Source: an uncultured Bacilli bacterium (GTDB taxonomy: Bacteria; Bacillota_I; Bacilli_A; RF39; UBA660). From it: a DNA stretch of 58,680 nt. Shown here one piece after another: positions 7,490-16,473 of the stretch. The DNA lies in NCBI GenBank assembly GCA_934096535.1, contig CAKOMC010000002.1, positions 1 to 58,680 on the forward strand. Reading direction: 5' to 3'. The translations under genes and the position numbers were made by a program. The notes beneath the pieces were generated by a model, which saw only the letters and a program-made list of their open reading frames with translations, was not told where the DNA came from and ran no database searches. The stretch's first letter is position 1. Every line of letters begins with the position of its first letter.

Positions 7490-8454
7490 AAAAAGTTGCG
7501 ATTATTGTTTGCTGGATTGGAAAAATACCTGATTATTTTGATTTCTGGGAGTTTTCTTGCTCAAAGAATCCAAAATACGATTTTCTTGTTTTTACTAATA
7601 ATCATAGAAATAATAAGTATGATAATGTTAAATATATTGATTTTTCTTTAAAAAAATTTAATGAATTAGCTTCAGAAAAATTAAAGATTAAAATTAATAT
7701 AGATAAGCCATATAAATTATGTGACTTTAGACCAGCTTACGGTGTTATTTTTGAAGATTATTTAGAAAGTTATGATTTCTGGGGACATTGTGATATAGAT
7801 CAAATTTTCGGAAACTTAGAAAAATTTATAACTGACGATGTGCTAGAAAAGTATAGTAAAATTAATAAAAATGGTCATTTAACTTTGTATAGAAATACTA
7901 AAAAAGTTAATACATTATTCAAAGAAAATGGTAGTTTATTCAATTATAAAGAAGTTTTTCAATCAAATCAAAATTTTGCATTTGATGAATATACTGGAAT
8001 TAATATGATTGCCGAAAAACAAAATGTAAAATGTTTTTATATTAATAATTTTGCTGACATTGATAAAAGATTTAGAAGATACATTTGTAAAAATCATAGG
8101 AATTATAAATATCAATTTTATGAATACAATAATGGAAAAATAATCAAAATTTATTATGATGGTAGCTTAAAATACGAAGAAATGATGTATTTACATTTCC
8201 AAAAGAAAAAATTGAATATAAAATTTAATACATTTGAAGAGTGTATTGCAATCGGATATAAGGAATGCTCAAATATAAATGGCGCTATAACGAAAGAAAT
8301 AATTGAGAAAATCAATGGACATGATAATAGAATTTTATGTTTTTTTGAAAAAATTGGTTATTATACACATAAAATAAAAGAATTCTTTTTTTCTACAAGA
8401 GAAAAAAAGAAAATTTGGCTTAAACAAAAAAAATCTATGGAGGAATATAAATGA
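7486..8454 (+). CDS. Putative capsule-locus glycosyltransferase of an uncharacterised family
   Basis: ATGA overlap with the upstream gene. WGHCDIDQIFGNL is a possible DxD-type motif. The call rests mainly on operon context. Confidence 0.5.
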   Translation: MKKVAIIVCWIGKIPDYFDFWEFSCSKNPKYDFLVFTNNHRNNKYDNVKYIDFSLKKFNELASEKLKIKINIDKPYKLCDFRPAYGVIFEDYLESYDFWGHCDIDQIFGNLEKFITDDVLEKYSKINKNGHLTLYRNTKKVNTLFKENGSLFNYKEVFQSNQNFAFDEYTGINMIAEKQNVKCFYINNFADIDKRFRRYICKNHRNYKYQFYEYNNGKIIKIYYDGSLKYEEMMYLHFQKKKLNIKFNTFEECIAIGYKECSNINGAITKEIIEKINGHDNRILCFFEKIGYYTHKIKEFFFSTREKKKIWLKQKKSMEEYK

Positions 8455-9599
8455 ATAAAAAACAAGGAATTTTAACTTTTCATGCAGCCTATAATTATGG
8501 ATCATGTTTACAAGCATATGCATTGCAAACGTTTTTAAATAAAAATAACAATTCATTTGAAATAATAAATTATCGACCTCATAATCAGTATGGAATGTAC
8601 AGTTTGATTAACTTAAGTTATTTTAACAAAGGAGTGTTAACAAAAAATATATATAATCTCTTCCATTTTAAATCGATAAAAGGTCGTAATAAAAAGTTTA
8701 ATGATTTTATTCATAAATATTATAAATTAAATAGTAAAAATTTTTTAAATGATCAGGAACTAGCTGAAATTATTAATGATTACGATGTAATAGTTTGCGG
8801 AAGTGATCAAATATGGAATTTATCTGATTCAACATATGATCGCAGCTTGGCATATTACTTGGAATTAGATAAAAAATTTGATGGTACTGCCATTGCTTAT
8901 GCACCATCTTTTGGGGATACAGTGGACAATATTATAAAAAATCCCATGTTTGACATTAAGTATCTTAATAACTTTAAGTATCTTTCTTTTAGAGAGAGCG
9001 ATGTAGTGAATGTGATGAAAAAGATGGGATTTGATTCCACCCTCGTTTTAGACCCAACATTATTGTTAAAAAAAGAAGAATGGGAGGAATTGATAGGACC
9101 TCCAATAATTACTAAGCCATATATATTTTATTATTCTTTAAATTGCAAAAATTATTCATTTGAATTTGTCAAGAAGATAAGTGAAGAATACAAATTGCCA
9201 ATAATCACCTCTTTTTTGCATCCAAGAGAAAGTTTTAAAAAAATTAAGATTTATGGTAATTCTGGGCCTATAGAATTTCTTAATTTACTTTATTACTCAA
9301 CTCTTGTTTGTTCTAATTCTTTTCATGGAACTGTGTTTTCAATTATTTTTCAAAAAGATTTTTATGCTATATTTGATGAGGATTCAAGTAAAAAAATAAT
9401 TCGTGAAAATAGAAAGGCTTCTTTGCTAGAGCAACTTGGTTTAGAAAATCATATTTCATCAATTTCAAATTATGTTAATTTAAGCGAGATAAAAAAAACA
9501 AATTTTAATATGGTTGAAGACAAGTTAAAAAAACTTCAAAAAATTTCAAGTGATTATATACTAAATGCAATAAAAGGAGAAAAATATGATAAATTTTGA
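8451..9599 (+). CDS. Polysaccharide pyruvyl transferase
   Basis: N-terminal GILTFHAAYNYGSCLQAYALQ, plus VCGSDQIWN and a C-terminal NSFHGTVFSI-type segment. Confidence 0.8.
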   Translation: MNKKQGILTFHAAYNYGSCLQAYALQTFLNKNNNSFEIINYRPHNQYGMYSLINLSYFNKGVLTKNIYNLFHFKSIKGRNKKFNDFIHKYYKLNSKNFLNDQELAEIINDYDVIVCGSDQIWNLSDSTYDRSLAYYLELDKKFDGTAIAYAPSFGDTVDNIIKNPMFDIKYLNNFKYLSFRESDVVNVMKKMGFDSTLVLDPTLLLKKEEWEELIGPPIITKPYIFYYSLNCKNYSFEFVKKISEEYKLPIITSFLHPRESFKKIKIYGNSGPIEFLNLLYYSTLVCSNSFHGTVFSIIFQKDFYAIFDEDSSKKIIRENRKASLLEQLGLENHISSISNYVNLSEIKKTNFNMVEDKLKKLQKISSDYILNAIKGEKYDKF

Positions 9600-10749
9600 T
9601 TTTAAAAGAAATTGCTATGGCTGTGGACTATGCAAAAATATTTGCCCCAAAAACGCAATTGAAATGAAAGAAAATGAAGATGGCTTTTTAAATCCTGTAA
9701 TTGATTCCAAAAAATGTATCAACTGTGGCCTGTGTGAAAAAAAGTGTTTGTATTTAAATGAAAAAGAGTCAAATAAAATTAACCGTAAGTCTAAATCACT
9801 TGCTGTTCAGATAAAAGATAAGAAAAATTTAAAAAATAGTTCTTCCGGTGGCTTTTTCTATGAATTAGCTAAGAAATTTATTGAGAGTGGTGGATATGTT
9901 GCAGGATGTGTTTGGAATGATGATATGCAACCGGTTCATATGCTTTCAAATAAATTAGAAGATATAAAAAAAATGCAGGGCTCTAAATATGTACAAAGTG
10001 ACATCTCTAATATTTTTAAAGAAATTAAACATTTAATCAATGATAAGAAAATTTTGTTTGTTGGCACACCATGTCAAGTAATGGCAATTAAGACATATGT
10101 AAATAATGAAAATTTATATACTGTGTCACTAATTTGTGAGGGTGTACCATCTAGAAAAGTTTGGAAAATGTATAAAGAGTCTTTGGAGAATATTCAAAAG
10201 TCTAAACTTATAAAAGTTAATTTTAGAAATAAGGATAATTGTGGCTGGAAAATGCCTGACTCGGTTTATTATTTTGAGAATTCAAAGGAAATAAAGAATC
10301 TTTCATTTAATTTAGATTATTATGTGTCATCATTCATTGAAGGAATACTTATGAATCAAAAATGTTATAATTGTGGATTTAAAGGTAATAATAATCTTGG
10401 CGATATAATAATCGGCGACTTTTGGCAAATTCCGGATAATATTTTCAGCTCTGAAACAAAAAATGGTGTTTCGGCAATAATTGTAAAAACAGAAAAAGGC
10501 GAAAAACTCTTAAACATTATGCAAGATATAGAAATAAAAAATGTTGATATTAGTTTAATTATTAAAGGTAATCCTAATTTGGAAAATTCTATCAATAAAC
10601 CAGCAGAACGTGATAACTTTTTTGAAAATCTTGATAATTTAAGTATTAATGATAATTTTAAACAATGTAATAAAAAGCTAACATCTAGCAAGAAAAAAAT
10701 ACTTAAATTTCTATTTAATTCTAGGCTGTTAAAATATCTAAAAAAATAA
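9586..10749 (+). CDS. 4Fe-4S protein resembling the coenzyme F420 hydrogenase/dehydrogenase beta subunit (usual partner of pyruvyl transferases)
   Basis: Two ferredoxin-type Cys clusters, CYGCGLCKNICP and CINCGLCEKKC. It overlaps the pyruvyl transferase gene. Confidence 0.75.
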   Translation: MINFDFKRNCYGCGLCKNICPKNAIEMKENEDGFLNPVIDSKKCINCGLCEKKCLYLNEKESNKINRKSKSLAVQIKDKKNLKNSSSGGFFYELAKKFIESGGYVAGCVWNDDMQPVHMLSNKLEDIKKMQGSKYVQSDISNIFKEIKHLINDKKILFVGTPCQVMAIKTYVNNENLYTVSLICEGVPSRKVWKMYKESLENIQKSKLIKVNFRNKDNCGWKMPDSVYYFENSKEIKNLSFNLDYYVSSFIEGILMNQKCYNCGFKGNNNLGDIIIGDFWQIPDNIFSSETKNGVSAIIVKTEKGEKLLNIMQDIEIKNVDISLIIKGNPNLENSINKPAERDNFFENLDNLSINDNFKQCNKKLTSSKKKILKFLFNSRLLKYLKK

Positions 10750-10762
10750 GAAGATTAGTAAG

Positions 10763-11800
10763 GTGTTTATGATGAAAAAAATTATGTTTGTTATGCCTAA
10801 TAAAGGTTTTTCTGGTGCTGAAAAGGTAGTTATTCAAATTATAAATGGAATTAAAGATAAATATGATTGTTATTATATTTCGGAATCAGGAAGCATAGAT
10901 TTATATTTAAAAGAAAATAATATAAAACATGTAATTACATATAAAAAATTAGATAGACATGAGTTAAAATCAATATTTAATAAAGAAAAACCAGATATAG
11001 TAATTGCAACAGATTACAGAGCAAGCGTTGTTGTGGCATCTATTAAGGGAAATTATAAATTAATTTCTCATTTACATAACAATCCACTTTGGATAAAAAA
11101 AGTAAATATTAATAGCATATCATTTGCTGCGGCTTCTTTAAGATTTGATAAAATTTTTATAGTATCAGAATCAATAATAAGTGAATTTATTTTTAAAAAG
11201 ATAATCAAAAATAAAACCGTTTTAGTTTCTAATCCATTATCCAGAAATGACATTTTAGAGCAAGATAAAAATATCTATAAAAAAATGTACGATATTGCTT
11301 TTATTGGGAGATTTTGTGAACAAAAAGATCCGGAAAAATTTATAAAAATTGTAGAAAAACTTAAATTTAATAATATGCCAATAAGAGCATTAATGATGGG
11401 AGATGGGTCTTGGAAAACCAATGTCATTGAGTGGATTAATAAGTATAATGTTGAAGATTGTATAGAATTAAGAAGCTTTGAAAAAAATCCATTTCCTTAT
11501 TTTAAAAAAAGTAAAATAGTAGTCATGCCATCAAAATTTGAAGGTTTTGGTTTAGTAGCATATGAGGCTATGTGCTTGGGGGTGCCAGTTCTTGCTTGTC
11601 CTGTTGGAGGATTGGTTAATATAATAGATGATAATTGCGGATATTTTTGCAATGATGTTGATGATTTTGTTAACAAAATAACATTGTTATTGACTAATAA
11701 AGATGAATATAATAAAAAAGTCAAACTATCTTTAGAAAAGAGCATATCATTAGATAACTATAAAGATTACATCGAAAATATAGAAAAAAATCTATTGTAG
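10763..11800 (+). CDS. Glycosyltransferase, GT4
   Basis: EX7E motif FEGFGLVAYEAMCLGVPV. The track start is GTG 10763. ATG 10769 or 10772 after AAGGTG (10760-10765) is more likely. Confidence 0.85.
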   Translation: MFMMKKIMFVMPNKGFSGAEKVVIQIINGIKDKYDCYYISESGSIDLYLKENNIKHVITYKKLDRHELKSIFNKEKPDIVIATDYRASVVVASIKGNYKLISHLHNNPLWIKKVNINSISFAAASLRFDKIFIVSESIISEFIFKKIIKNKTVLVSNPLSRNDILEQDKNIYKKMYDIAFIGRFCEQKDPEKFIKIVEKLKFNNMPIRALMMGDGSWKTNVIEWINKYNVEDCIELRSFEKNPFPYFKKSKIVVMPSKFEGFGLVAYEAMCLGVPVLACPVGGLVNIIDDNCGYFCNDVDDFVNKITLLLTNKDEYNKKVKLSLEKSISLDNYKDYIENIEKNLL

Positions 11801-11809
11801 GAGAAGAAA

Positions 11810-12862
11810 ATGAAAAAAAATTCATTCGATATAAAAACAGTAATAATATTTATTTGCGTACTGTTAAAATATTTAATTGAATATAAAATAAACAGCTATA
11901 TATTATATTCAGCTGTATTAGTTATATTGTTTTTTCAATTATTGAGAACAATTAAAAGCATGAAAGGCAGAAAAAAAATTGTTAAAGCTTTTATTTTTTG
12001 CATTCTTTCTATAATAAGTGTTCTAATTTATAAAGATGTAAATTTATTAATAACATTTGTATTGGCATTGAATTTATTGAATTGTGATATAAGAGAATTT
12101 ATTAAAAAATTTATGATATCATCTTCCATCATGTACATCACTACGATATTTCTTTATTTTTTAGGAATATTAAAAGATAATTATTTGATAAGAATAGCAA
12201 CAAATGGCTATATTTTAAGGCATAGTTTAGGGTTTACTCATCCAAATAGTGTATTTATGTTTTACATTCCAATTGTTTTATGTGCATATTTACTTGATAA
12301 TAATAAAAAACGATTCTATTTAATCTTTATGATTTTTTCTTTAATTTTATATAAATTGTCATTATCACGTACCGGAATATATTGTATAGTTTTTCTATTA
12401 ATTTTGGACTTTTTTAAAGATAAATTTAATTATAAAAAAATAATCGGTTGGTTACCACTATTGTTTTTTGGAGCCTCTTATTTTGTCGCTATAAAATTTG
12501 GAATATCTAAAAATAATAACATAAATATTTTATTAAGCAATAGACCATACTTATGGAATCGTATAATTCAAAATGTTAATATGTTTACATTATTTGGCAG
12601 CAATGCGCTATCTGACTTATACTTAGATAATTTTTATTTGGCAATGGTTTATCGATGTGGCATGTATTTAACTATATTATATTATTTTATGTTAATATTT
12701 GGAGTTAGCAAAATTAATAATTCCAAAATCCATATTGCTATATTGATTTTCATGGTTTATGGATTAGCAGAATCTAATACATTAATTGGCAGCATAAATT
12801 TTACATTAGCATTTTTATTATATTCCATAATTAATGGAAATTTTGATTTGGAGGAATGTTAA
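11810..12862 (+). CDS. wzy: O-antigen/EPS polymerase (Wzy-like polytopic membrane protein)
   Basis: About 10 predicted TM segments and no soluble domain. It sits in the operon between the GTs and the flippase. Confidence 0.65.
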   Translation: MKKNSFDIKTVIIFICVLLKYLIEYKINSYILYSAVLVILFFQLLRTIKSMKGRKKIVKAFIFCILSIISVLIYKDVNLLITFVLALNLLNCDIREFIKKFMISSSIMYITTIFLYFLGILKDNYLIRIATNGYILRHSLGFTHPNSVFMFYIPIVLCAYLLDNNKKRFYLIFMIFSLILYKLSLSRTGIYCIVFLLILDFFKDKFNYKKIIGWLPLLFFGASYFVAIKFGISKNNNINILLSNRPYLWNRIIQNVNMFTLFGSNALSDLYLDNFYLAMVYRCGMYLTILYYFMLIFGVSKINNSKIHIAILIFMVYGLAESNTLIGSINFTLAFLLYSIINGNFDLEEC

Positions 12863-13456
12863 ATGATAAAAAATAAAAATGATTATTTATATTATATAAA
12901 ATGTGATAGAGAAGCGCGTGGATTCAATAAAAAAAAGCTCTTTGGCATAAGAGGTGAAATACCTGTTTATAAATTTCAATTATTAATGCGCAAAGTTGAG
13001 TATTATAACAATTGTAAAACAGATTTTATTTCCAAGCTGTATTTATTAATTCTAAAGTATAGATATAAAAAGCAACAAATAAAATATGGTTTTAGTATTC
13101 CAATTAATACTTTTGGTCCAGGATTATATATACAGCATAGAGGTACAATCTGCGTAAATGGGAGTGCTAGAATAGGAAGTAATTGTAGAATTAATGTTGA
13201 TGTTAATATCGGAACAAATATGGAAAAAGAGGAAGAAGCCCCAGTAATAGGTGATAATTGTTTTATCGGACCTGGAGCTAAATTGTTTGGAAAAATAATA
13301 ATAGGAAATAATGTTGCTATCGGCGCCAATGCTGTTGTAAATAAATCATTCGGTGATAATGTTACAATAGCAGGTGTACCAGCAAAAATAGTAAACACTA
13401 CTGGGACAAAAAATAGAATGAGATATTATATAAAAGGAAAAGATTATGAAAAATAA
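12863..13456 (+). CDS. Hexapeptide-repeat O-acetyltransferase (serine acetyltransferase-like)
   Basis: Left-handed beta-helix repeats: IGSNCRINVDVNIG, IGDNCFIGPGAKLFGKIIIGNNVAIGANAVV. Confidence 0.85.
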   Translation: MIKNKNDYLYYIKCDREARGFNKKKLFGIRGEIPVYKFQLLMRKVEYYNNCKTDFISKLYLLILKYRYKKQQIKYGFSIPINTFGPGLYIQHRGTICVNGSARIGSNCRINVDVNIGTNMEKEEEAPVIGDNCFIGPGAKLFGKIIIGNNVAIGANAVVNKSFGDNVTIAGVPAKIVNTTGTKNRMRYYIKGKDYEK

Positions 13457-14873
13457 TAGAGAAAAGAATCTTGTGAAAAACACCATAATAATTTTTCTAA
13501 GTAAATTTTGTACTCAGTTTCTTTCGTTTTTCTTATTGCCTTTGTTTACAGCGCTATTAAGCACTGAAGAATATGGATATTTCGATTTATATTCAACTTA
13601 TGCATGGTTAATTGCTATATTTTTGACATTACAATTAGAAAATGCAATGTTTCGATTCTTGATTGACAAGCGCGAAAATCAAGATGGTATAAAAAACATT
13701 ATTTCAAATGGAAGTATTGTAATATTTATTCAATTTTTTCTCTTTGCGATACTTTTTTTTATAGGTCTAAAATTATTTAACATAAAAAATATTGAATATA
13801 TATTTATAATGACAATTGCCACATCATTATTAAATTTAATGCTACAAATAGCAAGGGGATTTGGCAAAAATATTGATTATAGTATTGCAAGCATCATCTC
13901 TGGTGTCTTAAATGTTATATGTTGTATACTATTTTTAAAAATATTAAATTTAAAATTATTAGGTATTGTTTTATCTTATGTTATTTCAAATTTGGTCGCA
14001 GCTTTATATTTAATATTTAAACTTAGGATTTATAGATATATAAATTTTAAATTATTATCAAAAACAAAAATAAAAGAATTACTTGCATATTCTTTTCCGT
14101 TAATTCCTAACAGTCTTTCTTCTTGGATTATGAGCATTTCAGATAAAGTTATGATTTCGATGCTTTTAGGAGTTTCCTTAAATGGTATCTATTCTGTTTC
14201 AACCAAATTTTCAATATTATTATCACATATTTTTACAGTATTTAGTCTGTCATGGACTGAATCTGCTTCGATGAGTACAAGTGACTCGGATAGAGGTGCT
14301 TTTTTTTCAAAAGTAATTAATAATATTTTTTTTATTGGAGCGTTTATATGTATAATAATGCTTACATCTATGCCGGTATTATTTAAAATATTAATTGAAG
14401 AATCTTATTTAAGTGCTTATAACTATATTCCTATTTTAATTTTTGCATCTTTTTTCGAATTGTTTAGTACATTAATCGGTGGTATTTTTATTGCTTTAAA
14501 AAAGCCAAAAGAAATAGCAATTACTACAATTATTGGAGGAATTATAAACATAACAATAAATTTTTTGCTTTTAAAAAAATATGGAATTATTATTGCATGT
14601 GTTTCAACATTAGCGTCTTATATCTATATATCGATAGCCAGATATATTAAAATATCTAAGCATATAAGAATTAAATTGGATTATAAGAAATATGTATTTT
14701 TATTTATAGTATATTTAGCTTGCACATATATGTATAAATATAATTCAGTAATAGTTAGTGTTATAAGTGTGCCTATCATATGTTTATTATTTATTATTAT
14801 TGATTATAAATATATATTGAGAATAGCAGAGCAAGTACTGCATAAATTAAAACCTGCTAATAAAAATCAATAG
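13446..14873 (+). CDS. wzx: Polysaccharide flippase (Wzx, MOP superfamily)
   Basis: 475 aa, about 12-14 TM segments. The N-terminal NLVKNTIIIFLSKFCTQFLSFFLLPLFT is typical of the family. Confidence 0.8.
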   Translation: MKNNREKNLVKNTIIIFLSKFCTQFLSFFLLPLFTALLSTEEYGYFDLYSTYAWLIAIFLTLQLENAMFRFLIDKRENQDGIKNIISNGSIVIFIQFFLFAILFFIGLKLFNIKNIEYIFIMTIATSLLNLMLQIARGFGKNIDYSIASIISGVLNVICCILFLKILNLKLLGIVLSYVISNLVAALYLIFKLRIYRYINFKLLSKTKIKELLAYSFPLIPNSLSSWIMSISDKVMISMLLGVSLNGIYSVSTKFSILLSHIFTVFSLSWTESASMSTSDSDRGAFFSKVINNIFFIGAFICIIMLTSMPVLFKILIEESYLSAYNYIPILIFASFFELFSTLIGGIFIALKKPKEIAITTIIGGIINITINFLLLKKYGIIIACVSTLASYIYISIARYIKISKHIRIKLDYKKYVFLFIVYLACTYMYKYNSVIVSVISVPIICLLFIIIDYKYILRIAEQVLHKLKPANKNQ

Positions 14874-14946
14874 ATTTAGAAAGAAATTTAGAATCTAGAC
14901 AATTTATTGGAAAGTTTTTTATTAAGAGTTCAAAATTTTACTGGAG

Positions 14947-14976
14947 AGATGACTTGGGAAAAGTTGTCTTTTTTTG
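14947..14976 (+). terminator. Terminator of the EPS operon
   Basis: agatgactt (14947-14955) pairs with aagttgtct (14961-14969), 9 bp including two G-U pairs. A T-run follows. Confidence 0.6.
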
Positions 14977-15020
14977 AATTGTATTATAAATAGCATTATA
15001 ATATTTTTGAGGTGGTAGCG

Positions 15021-15380
15021 ATGGCTGTATGTTATTTTAATAAAGATTATGAAAAAATTTTTAATTGTGAATATGAGAAGAAAAATGGTGATATTGAAGT
15101 AACAGTTGAATATGCAATTGATGATGAAATGGAACCAGATGAAAATGGTGCAATAACAATTGGTTCTAATACTCAGTATAAAAAAAGAGATATTTTAATA
15201 GTTGATTCTAATTCTAAAATGAATTATCTTTTAAAGGATGCAAGTTACTCTGGAGATAAAGAATTATATGGATCACCAGATGGTAATGTTACGACTAAAT
15301 TTTTTAGTAGTTGTTATTTTTATCATGAAGGTTATAATAAATTGCAAGAGTTATTAGAAACACCAAAAGTAAAAAAATAA
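15021..15380 (+). CDS. N-terminal fragment of a split HEPN-domain gene
   Basis: ATG 15021 follows GAGGTGG. The frame ends at TAA 15378-15380, immediately after an A7 run at 15371-15377. Confidence 0.55.
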   Translation: MAVCYFNKDYEKIFNCEYEKKNGDIEVTVEYAIDDEMEPDENGAITIGSNTQYKKRDILIVDSNSKMNYLLKDASYSGDKELYGSPDGNVTTKFFSSCYFYHEGYNKLQELLETPKVKK

Positions 15381-15601
15381 GAATATATAGTAATATCGTT
15401 AATGAATTTATTGGCAGTTCTAGCGTATCTAGGGAAAAACTTGAAAAAGAGTATGTTATTAGACTTCAAAAAGAACCAGAAAGAAAAACAGTAAAAATAA
15501 ATTATAACAATGTTAAATCTTTAACAATAACAGATACCTGGAAATGTAATTTAATTAGCAACGAAATAATAATTAAACTAGATGGTTATATTGAAATAGA
15601 A

Positions 15602-16300
15602 ATGAGTCGAAAAGTAAAATATAATGAAATAGATAAATATATATATGAACTCATGACTTACATTCAATTATTAAGACCTGATAAATTAAGAATAAATAAA
15701 ATTACTGTATGTGCAGATGAGGTATATTATGGGTTTATTTCGCCATTGAAGGAAAATAAATATAAAAGTTCAAGTATAGAAAATAGTGTTTCTGATGATA
15801 TTTTAGTTTTCCTTTCAAAGTGTTATAAATTAATCCCCTATAGAAATAGTAAAAGTGAGATTAGGAATATTCTCTATGTTATTTTTGATTATTCCAGAAA
15901 CATAGAAGATACTTTTTTAATGTTATATAAAACGATAGAGTGCTATTATAAAAAGCAAAATATAAAAGGAATTACCAGTAAATTTATTAATTATAGTATT
16001 CATAATAATTATAGTAATGGTAAGAATATGACAGAAGATAAAATAGAAGATTTATCTAGACAAATTATATGTTTAAGAAATAGATATGTGCATTATGGTT
16101 ATTATATTAAGAATAATAGTTTAAAGATAACATTTAAAGATTTAGATGAAAAAACATCTAAACTTAAGAATTATACTTTAAACAATGTTGATATTAAATG
16201 GATATATGAAGATACAAAAATATTATATACAATTGTTATTGATATCATTTTTAAAAATATGTTGGAATATGAAAAATATAAATTTGGAAGAATTTTTTAG
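15602..16300 (+). CDS. C-terminal HEPN-domain fragment (Rx4H); its frame is open upstream from 15341
   Basis: LRNRYVH is encoded at 16073-16093 (R 16076-16078, H 16091-16093). I translated this frame by hand and found no stop from 15341 to 16300, so it overlaps the end of the previous ORF. Confidence 0.6.
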   Translation: MSRKVKYNEIDKYIYELMTYIQLLRPDKLRINKITVCADEVYYGFISPLKENKYKSSSIENSVSDDILVFLSKCYKLIPYRNSKSEIRNILYVIFDYSRNIEDTFLMLYKTIECYYKKQNIKGITSKFINYSIHNNYSNGKNMTEDKIEDLSRQIICLRNRYVHYGYYIKNNSLKITFKDLDEKTSKLKNYTLNNVDIKWIYEDTKILYTIVIDIIFKNMLEYEKYKFGRIF

Positions 16301-16473
16301 GAAATAATGATATAATAAAGATGTTTTTCAATGAATTAATGAAAAAAGATATCTATTGCATGGCTGTAATAAAAAAATATGATTTATACTAAAATAGCCA
16401 TATTAGATAATAAAAAAAATAAGTTGAAGGGAATCAAACAAAAAAATAATAGTGTTTGATTATTAGTAGCAGT

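Noticed and set aside
11813-11820. An A8 run directly after the wzy start codon (and similar A8 runs such as 9493-9500) as phase-variation switches.
   Set aside because: A7-A9 runs are frequent throughout this AT-rich sequence and these genes are intact. Only the A7 run at 15371-15377 coincides with an actual frame break.
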